A DNA stretch of 63,008 nt, the filler included, from Octopus bimaculoides (taxonomy: Eukaryota): NCBI RefSeq assembly GCF_001194135.2. It is 5 parts of 5 records of this genome, joined end to end, with 100 filler letters (N's around TTAATTAATTAA, not from the genome) between each part and the next. Parts side by side here need not be neighbours in the genome. Positions count along the whole stretch, not along the records: positions 34,915 to 58,785 come from NC_068986.1; positions 58,886 to 63,008 come from NC_068995.1; 3 more parts are not named here. One strand, 5' to 3'. Numbering within the stretch: the first letter of the stretch is position 1; each line of letters begins with the position of its first letter. The notes under the pieces were generated by a model that saw only the letters and a program-made list of their open reading frames with translations, had not been told where the DNA came from and searched no databases. Both the position numbers and the translations under genes were made by a program. This document shows positions 49,494 through 62,325 of this stretch, in pieces.

Positions 49494-50150
49494 CACACAC
49501 ACACACACATATCCGACGGGCTTCTTTCAGTTTCCGTCGACGAAATCCACTCACAAAGCTTAGGTCGGCCCGAGGCTANNNNNNNNNNNNNNNNNNNNNN
49601 NNNNNNNNNNNNNNNNNNNNNNNNNNNNNNNNNNNNNNNNNNNNNNNNNNNNNNNNNNNNNNNNNNNNNNNNNNNNNNNNNNNNNNNNNNNNNNNNNNAA
49701 GGTATCATGCACTGGGATTGAACCTGACACCACGTGATTGTATTTATACATATATAAACGTTACGAACAAATTTAATGAAATATTCTATTCTATTCTAGG
49801 CACAAGGATCGACATTTTGGGGGAGGGGACCAGTCGACTAGATCCACCCCAGTGCGTAAGGAGTACTTAATTTATTGAGCCCTAAAGGATGAAAGTTAAA
49901 GTCGACCTTGGCGGAATTCGAACTCAGAACGTAACGGCAGACGAAATACCGCCAAGCATTTCGCCTGGCGTGCTAACGTTTCTGCCAGCTCGACGCCTTT
50001 CAGATAACGTGTATTCTTTTCTACTCTAGGCACAATGCTCGAAATCTTTCGTGGGAGGCCAGTCGATTAGATCGACCTCAGTACGCAACTGGTACTTCAT
50101 TTATCGACCCCTGAAAGGGTGACGGGTAAAGTCGACCTTGGCGGAATTTG
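49095..50150 (-). mobile_element. Cluster of SINE N and V copies including a duplicated segment across a gap
   Basis: About 250 bp from 49026 is identical to about 250 bp from 49699; motif matches. Confidence 0.8.
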
Positions 50151-50925
50151 AACAAATTTAATGAAATATTATAAACTGTTTCTTACTCAATAGTGATAGT
50201 CACTAAGACAACGACAAAACTAGCCCTTGCCTAACAACTATTCCACACACACACGCACGCAAATACATACACACACACACACGCATACATATATATGCGT
50301 GAGCGTGTGGGGTGGGTGTTTATGTATATATAAATAGCTCACATCCGATACACAAACACACCTTCAGCGTACACACCCCAAAAGTCACAAACATAACATA
50401 ATTAAGGAGACATGGTTTCAGCCAGCCGCTAGAAATAGCAGGCGAGTTACTACTCCCTAATCACACTCAATTCACACCCTTCTGCGTCGAATAGGAAAAG
50501 TAGAGACTAAATCAGATTTGTAGTTCTAGATACATTCAGAAACAAATGGGATTGTCACGGCTGGAGAGCGTTCGATCGTCATAGGTTATCAGACTGCACG
50601 ACCAAATTTGCTGTGCAGTTTAAAGTTCATCTTGAACAATAACAGACAAAACACACACGTACGCACACACAGAGATACACACACGCAAACACATACGTAT
50701 ATGAACAGAGAGAGAGAGAGAGAAGGAGAGACTAAAAGACAGAGAGGGAGAAAGAGGATGGATAACAGAGACAGAGAGTGATAGAGAATAAAAGGGGAGA
50801 GTGAGAGGTAATCAGCTAAGTTTACAGATTCATTCACAAATATACGCATATACATAAATATACATTCATGCACACACACACATACACACACACACACACA
50901 CATTTTATCTCTCCTTTGTTTACAT

Positions 50926-51090
50926 AGGCAGAGGCGTGGTCGTGTGGTTAGAAGCTTCCTTCCCAACCACGTGGTTCCGGGTTCAGTACCACTGCGTGAC
51001 ACCTTGGGCAGGTGTCTTCTACTATAGCCTCGGGCCGACCTAAGCTTTGTGAGTGGATTTCGTCGACGGAAACTGAAAGAAGCCCGTCGG

Positions 51091-51131
<41 letters not shown>

Positions 51132-51375
51132 TGTGTGTGTGTGTGTGTTTATGTGTGTGTGTGTTTGTGTGTGTATTTGTGTATCTGTGTCTGTCCCCTC
51201 CGCCACCATCGCTTCACAACCGATGTTGGAGTGTTTACGTCCCTGTGACATAGCGGATCGGCAAAAGAAAATAAGTACTAGGCTTACAAAGAATAAGTCC
51301 TGGGGTCGATTCGTTCAACTAAAAGGTAGTGCTCCAGCATGGCCGCAGTCACATGACTGAAACAATTAAAAGAGT
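50926..51375 (+). mobile_element. Full-length SINE family V with internal (TG)n
   Basis: Head GGCAGAGGCGTGGTCGTGTGG..GGGTTCAGTACC, core and 3' half. Confidence 0.88.
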
Positions 51376-51411
51376 ACAAACATATATTTCGTCCCAATAT
51401 GTAACACTGGC

Positions 51412-51845
51412 GTAAGTCTGCGAGCTGGCAGAAACGTTAGCGCGCTGGGTGAAATGCTTGGGGGCATTTCTTCTGCCGCTACGTTCTGAGTTCAAATTCC
51501 GCGGAGGTCGACTTCACCATTTATCATTTCGGGGTTGATAAATCAAGTACCAGTTACGCACTGGAGTCGCTGTAATCGACTTAATCCTTTTGTCTGTCCT
51601 TGTTTGTCCCCTCTGTGTGTAAGCCCCTTGCAGGCAGTAAAAGAAATAAGAAACGTTAGCACGCCGGGTGAAATTCTTAGCGGTGTTTCGTCTGTCTTTG
51701 CGTTTTGAGTTCAAATTCTGCCTAGGTCGACTTTACCTTTCATCCTTTCGGAGTCGATAAATTAAGTACCAGTTGCTTACTGGTGTTGATCTAATCGACT
51801 GACCCACTTCCCCAAAATTTCGGGCCTTGTTCCTAGAGTAGAAAA
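51412..51845 (+). mobile_element. SINE family N dimer
   Basis: GCGAGCTGGCAGAAACGTTAG head; two cores with different tails. Confidence 0.85.
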
Positions 51846-52189
51846 GAATATGTAACAGAGTTGAAAATGAAATGAACATAAGCACGGGCGCGTACGCACG
51901 CATGTCTCTGCCCGCGCAAATATACACGCTCATAGAAATGCATATATATGTAGATTAAGAGCCTGAAACTTCGAAGTTACTCTCAACATTGTTTCAGTTA
52001 AAGAATAATACGAAAAGTATCGTGTTATCCCTCAGTTTAAAAATTTTTGAAATATATGTGTGTATATATGTGTGAACTTGTGCGTATGTGTATCTGTGTG
52101 TGCGTGTACATCCGTGTATGTATGCATGCATATGTGTATGTATGTTTAAATGGTGTTAGCGTAGTTCTCTTTTAAGAAGTTTTTTTTCC

Positions 52190-52980
52190 CGACCACATGG
52201 TTCTGGCTTCAGTCCCACCGTGTGACACCTAAGGCAAGTGTCCACTACTATAGCCCCGGGCAGCCCAAATACTTGAGGGGGACATTGTGGAGATAAACTA
52301 AAAGTAGATCGCCGAATATGTTTGTATATGTGTGTGCATTTACCTATCTATCTATATAAATACATAGCCTTGGTTTTTCTTTTCTTATCTCGTTCTGAAA
52401 ATATATATATATATATATATANNNNNNNNNNNNNNNNNNNNNNNNNNNNNNNNNNNNNNNNNNNNNNNNNNNNNNNNNNNNNNNNNNNNNNNNNNNNNNN
52501 NNNNNNNNNNNNNNNNNNNNNNNNNNNNNNNNNNNNNNNNNNNNNNNNNNNNNNNNNNNNNNNNNNNNNNNNNNNNNNNNNNNNNNNNNNNNNNNNNNNN
52601 NNNNNNNNNNNNNNNNNNNNNNNNNNNNNNNNNNNNNNNNNNNNNNNNNNNNNNNNNNNNNNNNNNNNNNNNNNNNNNNNNNNNNNNNNNNNNNNNNNNN
52701 NNNNNNNNNNNNNNNNNNNNNNNNNNNNNNNNNNNNNNNNNNNNNNNNNNNNNNNNNNNNNNNNNNNNNNNNNNNNNNNNNNNNNNNNNNNNNNNNNNNN
52801 NNNNNNNNNNNNNNCCACTGTTTGACAACCAGTGTTGGTTTGTTTATGTACCGGTAACTTACTCGTTCGACAAAAGAGAACCGATAGAATAACTGCCAGA
52901 TTTGAAAATAAGTACCCTTGGGGTGGGTGGCTTGTTGGACCAAAATTCTTTAATGTTTGCTCCAGCATGGCCTGAATCAA
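52190..52980 (+). mobile_element. Degraded SINE family V split by a gap
   Basis: 5' half at 52190-52270, 3' half at 52815-52980. Confidence 0.6.
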
Positions 52981-53105
52981 GTATACACATACATGGAGGT
53001 GTTTATTTACTCAGGCCCGTTCGCATGCGCCATTCTCAATTCCAGATACCTTGTAGTTCTCGCTCAGACACATTCATGCACACACACAAACACGCACGCA
53101 AACAT

Positions 53106-53142
<37 letters not shown>

Positions 53143-53439
53143 AGCAAGCACATATATACATATACTCATAAATGCTTGTGTGCGCGCGTACTCACACACA
53201 CACATACACACACAGCAACACAGAAAGTCATACACACATAATAACACACAGAGGCACAGAAACACAAACACTCACACACACACAAACATTCACACATACA
53301 CTAACATCGTACCCCGCATGAGCATATGCATACACTGACACACACACACACACCTGTGCACTAACCCTCAGACATAAGGGTGTACGCAGTAAGTTTGCTA
53401 AATACATACATCCACGTCTATGCGCTCACACACGATCAT

Positions 53440-53672
53440 ACAAACACATTACTTTCACTTTCTTCAGCGTATATTCTTTTTCTTCCTCTTTCTCTCTTTC
53501 TCTGTCTTACTCTCTATCTGTCTGTCTACGCATCTTCTATATAAATAGATAGACAGATAAATGGATTAATAGATCTATCCACTTATCTGTCTAACTATCT
53601 GTCTATATCTACCTATATGTCATTCTACGTATCTATCTGTCTCTCTGTTTGTCTGTCTCTCTGTCTGTATTC

Positions 53673-53725
<53 letters not shown>

Positions 53726-54834
53726 NNNNNNNNNNNNNNNNNNNNNNNNNNNNNNNNNNNNNNNNNNNNNNNNNNNNNNNNNNNNNNNNNNNNNNNNNNN
53801 NNNNNNNNNNNNNNNNNNNNNNNNNNNNNNNNNNNNNNNNNNNNNNNNNNNNNNNNNNNNNNNNNNNNNNNNNNNNNNNNNNNNNNNNNNNNNNNNNNNN
53901 NNNNNNNNNNNNNNNNNNNNNNNNNNNNNNNNNNNNNNNNNNNNNNNNNNNNNNNNNNNNNNNNNNNNNNNNNNNNNNNNNNNNNNNNNNNNNNNNNNNN
54001 NNNNNNNNNNNNNNNNNNNNNNNNNNNNNNNNNNNNNNNNNNNNNNNNNNNNNNNNNNNNNNNNNNNNNNNNNNNNNNNNNNNNNNNNNNNNNNNNNNNN
54101 NNNNNNNNNNNNNNNNNNNNNNNNNNNNNNNNNNNNNNNNNNNNNNNNNNNNNNNNNNNNNNNNNNNNNNNNNNNNNNNNNNNNNNNNNNNNNNNNNNNN
54201 NNNNNNNNNNNNNNNNNNNNNNNNNNNNNNNNNNNNNNNNNNNNNNNNNNNNNNNNNNNNNNNNNNNNNNNNNNNNNNNNNNNNNNNNNNNNNNNNNNNN
54301 NNNNNNNNNNNNNNNNNNNNNNNNNNNNNNNNNNNNNNNNNNNNNNNNNNNNNNNNNNNNNNNNNNNNNNNNNNNNNNNNNNNNNNNNNNNNNNNNNNNN
54401 NNNNNNNNNNNNNNNNNNNNNNNNNNNNNNNNNNNNNNNNNNNNNNNNNNNNNNNNNNNNNNNNNNNNNNNNNNNNNNNNNNNNNNNNNNNNNNNNNNNN
54501 NNNNNNNNNNNNNNNNNNNNNNNNNNNNNNNNNNNNNNNNNNNNNNNNNNNNNNNNNNNNNNNNNNNNNNNNNNNNNNNNNNNNNNNNNNNNNNNNNNNN
54601 NNNNNNNNNNNNNNNNNNNNNNNNNNNNNNNNNNNNNNNNNNNNNNNNNNNNNNNNNNNNNNNNNNNNNNNNNNNNNNNNNNNNNNNNNNNNNNNNNNNN
54701 NNNNNNNNNNNNNNNNNNNNNNNNNATACAGATTTTCGTCTTAAACACAGATAAAAACACACGCACACACACAGAGAAAGATACACAGATAAATAGATAG
54801 GCAGACAGACAGACATCCAGACATGCTGACCGGC

Positions 54835-54903
<69 letters not shown>

Positions 54904-55688
54904 TTTTCACTCACGTACACAAGAAAGCGGTATCTGTATGGTTGAGAGTGCAAGATAGGAAGAGAGATAGACAGACTAACTCATAAGGAGAGAGAGAGAG
55001 AGAGAGAGAGAGATAGAAAGAGAAGGCGGAGGGAGAGAGATAATATGTTTGTATGACTGTATGTATGTGTATGACTGTATGTATGTATGTGTTTGCATGC
55101 GCGTGCGTAATCTGAAGAATTAGTGGTTGTTTGAAAATCTGCCTTGGCTGTGCACTCATGGAGTCAACAACGGACGCACACACACACACTCACACACACT
55201 CACCCACACAATAATTCATATGCCTCTCTCTCTCTCTCTCTCTCTCTCCATATTTAAGTTAAGGGAGAGAGGAGGGGAGAGAATGAGGGAAAGTAAATTG
55301 AAAAATGGTCAGGTACGTGTATGCTGTTGTTAAGAGAGAGAGAGAGAGAGATAGAGATGGATAGAGAGAGAGAGAGATATATAGAGAGATAGATAGAGAG
55401 AGAGAGAGAGAGAGATACATACATATATGTGTGTGTGCGAGATAGATAGATAAATAGACAGATAGACACAAGGACAGACATGTAGAGAGGTAGACAGACG
55501 GATAGATAGACGGATAGACAGACGATAGACAGATAGATAGATATGTTTCTTTATTAGCCATACAGGGCTCAACATAGAGGGGACAAAATACAAATGTAGA
55601 GCTTTTCTTTTCGAGGGGGTCGAAAACAAAATAGAAAAAAAAAACAAAAGTGGGGACAACGATGAAAAAAAAAAAGATAGATAGGTAA

Positions 55689-55736
<48 letters not shown>

Positions 55737-55761
55737 GTAAATAGAAAGGTAAATAGATAGT

Positions 55762-55825
<64 letters not shown>

Positions 55826-56693
55826 CAGATTGATTGATTGAATGGGAAAGAGAAAAAAGAGAAGAAATGACAAGGAGAAAGATGCGTGGCGGAGGAGTAA
55901 AATAAACAGAGAGAATTGGAGAGAGAGCGAGAGAAATAAAGAAGTGTAGGGAGAGAGGGGGAGAGAGAGGGAGAGAGAGAAAGAGAATGGGGAACAGTGA
56001 GAGGTAGGAAAATCTCTCGAGTGAAGAAGTGGTTGTTTGTGTGTGTTTTGCACATACAGTATCATACACACACACACATCAATGCGCACACACACACACA
56101 CACACACACTAGCATACGCAGAGAAATACGTAGAGGAAAGTGTTGTCCAATATATATAAAACTAGGTGGAGAAAGAAGAGATAGACAGAGAAAGAACCAG
56201 AGTTAGGGACAGAGAGAGAGAGAGAGATAGAGAGAGAAAGAGAGGAGAAGTAATGAGAGAGGGAGAGAGTGGTAGTGAGAGGTAGAGAAGTAGTGAGAGT
56301 CAGACTGAGAGAAGGGAAGACGGTGATAAAGAAATAGGGAGAGCGAGATAGAGAGAGAGAGATATAGTTAATCAGAAAGAACGAGAGAAGGAGAGAGAGA
56401 GAGACACAGAGAGAGAGACACAGAGAGAGACACAGAGAGAGACACAGAGAGACACAGAGAGACACAGAGAGACACAGAGAGAGAGGAGGGTCTTCGTGAC
56501 AGACACTCAGACAGAATGATAAAAAGGCAAAGAGACAAAGAGAATGAGTGATTGAGAAAGAAAGAGGGAGAGAGAGAACGAGAAAGTGGGATAGACAGAC
56601 AGACAGATAGACAGACCTAAGCGAAATACGTATGCAGAAGGCAGAAGCGAGGGTGAGAGAGAAATGGAAAGGAAAAGAGTAAGATATCAAAGA

Positions 56694-56729
<36 letters not shown>

Positions 56730-56765
56730 GAAAGAAAGACCCACAGAGAGATATGGGTGTAAGAC

Positions 56766-56802
<37 letters not shown>

Positions 56803-57341
56803 AAGAAAGAGGCAGAGAGAGATTAAGAGAAAGAAAGAGAACGGTCTTGGTGGTGGTGGTCGTGGTGGTGTAATGTGTCCGTGGCAAGAAGAAGAAGAAG
56901 AAGAAGAAGAAGAAGAAAAGGAAGAAGAAGAAAAGGAAGAAGAAGAAAAGGAAGAAGAAGAAGAAGAAGCGGTGGTGGTTGTTGTTGTTGATGATGATGA
57001 TGGTGGTGGTGGTGGTGGTGGAGGTGGTGGCGTTGGTGGTGGTGGTGGTGGTGGTTGTTGGTGGTGGTGGTTCGAGAGAGTCTGTCTTACCATGTGTCTG
57101 ATGAGATAAGAGACGTTTGCAAAGTTTCGGAAACGAGATAAGCTGCTGGTCTTATCAAGAAAGCATTCATCATGGATATATAATGAATTCCTGTTTGAAA
57201 CAAGGTGGGTGGAAAACACGGTGGCGTTGGTGTGTGTGGAGAAAGAGAGAGGGTAGCAGTGTAAGGAGAAATGTGGGAGAGGGCAGAGGAGGAGGGGGTA
57301 TAAATAGGGTGGAATATATATTAGTGGTGGTGGTGGTGGTG

Positions 57342-57420
<79 letters not shown>

Positions 57421-57469
57421 CGTGGAGCCGATCAGTTGTCTAGTGGTTAGTGTTGGCGTTTGTTATTTT

Positions 57470-57537
<68 letters not shown>

Positions 57538-57572
57538 CAGTAGTAGTTGTAGCAATAGTAGTAGTAGTAGTG

Positions 57573-57603
<31 letters not shown>

Positions 57604-58049
57604 CAGTAGTAGTTGTAGCAATAGTAGTAGTAGTAGTGGAAGTAGTAGTTCTAAAGGCCACCGTTGTTTGGCTCCTAGAATGATCAAATGAATTTCATCC
57701 GTGGCCATCCCGCCGTCTGAATTCTAACATATGCAGGAAATCCAAAACCGAAAGTGCAGGGTCGAAAGCGGTCATTTTGTTTTAAGGAGTTTAATGAGGT
57801 GATCTGAGTAAGAGTTAGCTGCTATTTCTAAAATGTCGATCGACAACGTATATAACTCCATGTTGTTGTTGCAACTTTTGCTGTACTTTAGCCCAAGGCG
57901 GACATATTTGAGCAGAGCTGTACTTGAAACCGTAACTAATGCAGATCTCCCTCTATTCCTTTCGTATCTCAGTCTCTTTCTGTCTCCCTCTCTCTCCCTG
58001 TCTCTCTCTCTCTCCTCTCTATCTCTCTCTCCTCTCTCTCTCTCTCTCT

Positions 58050-58103
<54 letters not shown>

Positions 58104-58180
58104 TCTTTGTCACTTTCTCTATCCTGCGCGCGCTCGCTCTTTTGCTCTTTCTCTATCTTACTATATATGTATATAGACAG

Positions 58181-58234
<54 letters not shown>

Positions 58235-58300
58235 ACAGACAGACAGACAGACATTCAGACAAACAGATAGATAGATAGATAGACAGATAGATGTAGATAT
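53440..58300. repeat. Large compound microsatellite field: (TATC)n, (GA)n, (GAA)n, (GGT)n, (GT)n, (AGT)n, (CT)n
   Basis: Direct reading. Confidence 0.92.
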
Positions 58301-58515
58301 ATATCTGAGGAAAGCAAGGAAATCGAAATTACGATGTTACGATCAACCATTTGCTTTGAAAAGTTTGATAAACATGTATTCCCATGACGTTTATTGAGTA
58401 AACCTTCAGTGTAAAGTTACATTTATATATATACACATGTATATATGCATATATATATATATATATACATATACATACAGATATACATACATACATACAC
58501 ACGCGCACATATGTA

Positions 58516-58738
58516 CTGTAATCCCTTGGATATCGCATGTGTTTCGTTCCAACCCGTTCCCCCGCGATAGATGAAAATCCGCGAAGTAGAAGAAATAGTA
58601 CTGTATGTATTTTCTGTTATTTTTATAATTTCTATATATTTATCTTATCGTAATCGCAAAACAACACCACGGAAGCATTGACGTAAGCTTAAATAATAGA
58701 CCGCGATAAGTGAACCGCAATATGGCGAGGGATTAGTG
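58516..58738. mobile_element. Second copy of the pogo/Tigger-like MITE
   Basis: Aligns with 35468-35714 (CCGCGATAGATGAAAATCCGCGAAG; GCTTAAATAATA(A/G)ACCGCGATAAG). Confidence 0.75.
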
Positions 58739-58750
58739 TGTGTGTGTATG

Positions 58751-58784
<34 letters not shown>

Positions 58785-59601
58785 CNNNNNNNNNNNNNNN
58801 NNNNNNNNNNNNNNNNNNNNNNNNNNNNNTTAATTAATTAANNNNNNNNNNNNNNNNNNNNNNNNNNNNNNNNNNNNNNNNNNNNAAATACACACACATA
58901 TGTACGTTTACTCGATTACTCAGACGTTCAATATTTAATACGTAGTTTTAAGGTACATATGATCTTTTAAGAAATCAATTTGCTATCCGTACCATCTGTT
59001 TATTTATATCAATAATTATACGAAGACCATTTTGACTTGTCAGATTAATGTATATTATTTGCCGACACTTTGCCTCGTTTTTCCACAATATATTTATTAC
59101 CTCTAATACAATAAGTCTTCGCAATGTTTCATACTTTCGGCAGACGACGTATCTTGTCTTATTATATACTTCATTTTAATCGATTGTGATCGGGTGTACA
59201 TTATGTGTCTGGATATATACTTTTCTCCGAGAAAGGTTAAATTGTTAAGACATGTCTTAGCTTGTAATATTTCGTAATATTTTCGTGTTCACTTTGAGCC
59301 GGTCACCAAGAGTTTTTCGTTTAACTAATCTCCAGCGTTTATTTCATGTTAGATTTGGAGAATGTCATGAGACATTGATCTTGAAATGTTTTCCGATGAG
59401 TTGGTCATTGATATTTGGAGCTGGTAGTTTGTGGTTTGGCAAAGGAAAGTCGTTTGTGGAGTTAGGAAGGGAGTGAGGCGGGTTTGGTTGGTTGTTATTT
59501 AAAATTCAGACGTCGGAACTTCTGTTTCAATTGCATATCGTATTTCTTTTTCACTTTATTTTGTCGCAAGAAACACACACACACACACACACACACGCAT
59601 A

Positions 59602-59655
<54 letters not shown>

Positions 59656-59663
59656 TACATATA

Positions 59664-59696
<33 letters not shown>

Positions 59697-60560
59697 NNNN
59701 NNNNNNNNNNNNNNNNNNNNNNNNNNNNNNNNNNNNNNNNNNNNNNNNNNNNNNNNNNNNNNNNNNNNNNNNNNNNNNNNNNNNNNNNNNNNNNNNNNNN
59801 NNNNNNNNNNNNNNNNNNNNNNNNNNNNNNNNNNNNNNNNNNNNNNNNNNNNNNNNNNNNNNNNNNNNNNNNNNNNNNNNNNNNNNNNNNNNNNNNNNNN
59901 NNNNNNNNNNNNNNNNNNNNNNNNNNNNNNNNNNNNNNNNNNNNNNNNNNNNNNNNNNNNNNNNNNNNNNNNNNNNNNNNNNNNNNNNNNNNNNNNNNNN
60001 NNNNNNNNNNNNNNNNNNNNNNNNNNNNNNNNNNNNNNNNNNNNNNNNNNNNNNNNNNNNNNNNNNNNNNNNNNNNNNNNNNNNNNNNNNNNNNNNNNNN
60101 NNNNNNNNNNNNNNNNNNNNNNNNNNNNNNNNNNNNNNNNNNNNNNNNNNNNNNNNNNNNNNNNNNNNNNNNNNNNNNNNNNNNNNNNNNNNNNNNNNNN
60201 NNNNNNNNNNNNNNNNNNNNNNNNNNNNNNNNNNNNNNNNNNNNNNNNNNNNNNNNNNNNNNNNNNNNNNNNNNNNNNNNNNNNNNNNNNNNNNNNNNNN
60301 NNNNNNNNNNNNNNNNNNNNNNNNNNNNNNNNNNNNNNNNNNNNNNNNNNNNNNNNNNNNNNNNNNNNNNNNNNNNNNNNNNNNNNNNNNNNNNNNNNNN
60401 NNNNNNNNNNNNNNNNNNNNNNNNNNNNNNNNNNNNNNNNNNNNNNNNNNNNNNNNNNNNNNNNNNNNNNNNNNNNNNNNNNNNNNNNNNNNNNNNNNNN
60501 NNNNNNNNNNNNNNNNNNNNNNNNNNNNNNNNNNNNNNNNNNNNNNNNNNNNNNNNNNNN

Positions 60561-60603
<43 letters not shown>

Positions 60604-61234
60604 TGTAACATAACGATTTGGCGGATAAAAACAATAACGGCCAGGCTTCAGAATATATTATTGCGTTAATTTGTTCGACAAAACCCCTCTAAAGTGGTGC
60701 TCTTGTTCTTCGCATTCCAATGCCTGAATAAATAATAATATAAAAGAACAAAATTATTTCTTATTATAGTTTCAGTTTGCCCAGAAGTTTTCCGAGTGAA
60801 CTTTGTATGGAAGCCCGCCAGAATACAAATATATATGGAATAGCCAGCCACATAAAATTACGTAGTTCAGTTGAACGATCCCCCTGCAACAAGCATGTTT
60901 CAACATCTCCGAGAGACCTGTCGATCTTTATATATATAAACCAATGTATTATTTATACACTATCCATATGCATCTCAGATTTCCTAATGTGATCTCGTTA
61001 CGGAAATGACAAGAATACGTGACGCTGATAAGTCACTGATTTGTCAGCTTCACGTATGTCGCGAAATGCATGTCTATCGCTCTCTCATTCGCTTCCTAAC
61101 GATTTCGTTTCGCCAAGTTCTGAAGTATATTCTGTTTTCTTGACACAATACGTCTATAAAAGGATTTTCTCGGACGTAAAAACTGCAGCTTCTGGTTTTA
61201 CGACAAATATATGTTATGTTATATACTCTTTTAC

Positions 61235-61445
61235 TCTTATAATCTTTTGCTTGTTCCAGTCATTTGACTGCGGCCAAGCTGGAGTATCACTTTTAGTCGA
61301 ACAAATCGATTCCAGGACATATTCTTTCTATGCCTCGTACTTATTCTATCGGTTTCTTTTTGCAGAACCGCTCAGTGACGGGGACATAAACGCACCAACA
61401 TTGGTTATCAAGCGATGGTGGGAGGACATACACAGACACAGACAA

Positions 61446-61517
<72 letters not shown>

Positions 61518-61645
61518 CGTCGGGCTTCTTTCAGTTCCCTCTACCAAATCCACTCACAAGGCTTTGGTCGGCCTGAGGCTATAGTAGAAGACACTTGCCC
61601 AAGGTGCCACGCGGTGCTACTGAACCCGGAACCATATGGTTGGGA
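61235..61645 (-). mobile_element. SINE family V with internal (CA)n
   Basis: Motif matches. Confidence 0.85.
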
Positions 61646-61869
61646 CGCAACTTGAGCTATTTCTGTTGTGCAGTTCGGTCATTGTTCCTCAATAGCAAGC
61701 CAGTGTATAGATTATACACTATTTCTAATCATTTCAGTCTCGCTGATTCGATCTCTTGTCAGAAGTGGTAAGAGCACGTGACACTGACTGGCTGTACCAC
61801 AGCGAAATACGTATCTGCTGCTCTTACGGTCGAGTACGGAATAACTTCGTTTCTACCAGGTTTGAAGTA

Positions 61870-62325
61870 TACAGTTTCTTATTGTATAGGCGGCGAACTG
61901 GCAGAAACGTTAGCACGCCGGGCGAAATGCTTAGCGGTATTTCGTCTGCTGCTACGTTCTGAGTTCAAATTCTGCCGAGGTCGACTTTGCCTTTCATCCT
62001 TTCGGGATCGATTAAATAAGTATCAGTTACGCACTGGGGTCGATATAATCGACTTAATCCTTTTGTCTGTCCTTGTTAGTCCCCTCTGTGTGTAGCCCCT
62101 TGTGGGCAGTAAAGAAATAAGAAACGTTAGCACGCCAGGCGAAATACTTAGCGGTATTTCGTCTGTGTTTATGTTCTGATTTCAAATTCCGCCGAGGTCG
62201 ACTTTTTACCTTTCATCTTTTCGAGGTTGATAAATGAAGTAGCAGTTGCGTACTGGGGTCGATGTAATCGACTGGCCTCCTCCCCCAAAATTTCGGGCCT
62301 TGTGCCTAGAGTAGAAAAGAATATA
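61870..62325 (+). mobile_element. SINE family N dimer
   Basis: Same two-unit structure as 51412-51845. Confidence 0.85.

Noticed and set aside
57094-57135. CTGATGAG...GAAAC hammerhead-like string
   Set aside because: Stem II closing pair, stem I and the cleavage triplet do not form.
5876-58190. Poly-I/N/L/S/V, CVCV, THTH, LSLS and YLSI ORFs
   Set aside because: Translations of microsatellites.
10748-58841. TTAATTAATTAA flanked by 44 N on each side (10748, 15267, 34859, 58830)
   Set aside because: Identical 100-bp gap spacer with stops in all frames; an assembly artefact, not biology.
6917-60669. Long ORFs made of X runs
   Set aside because: They span N gaps and carry no coding evidence.
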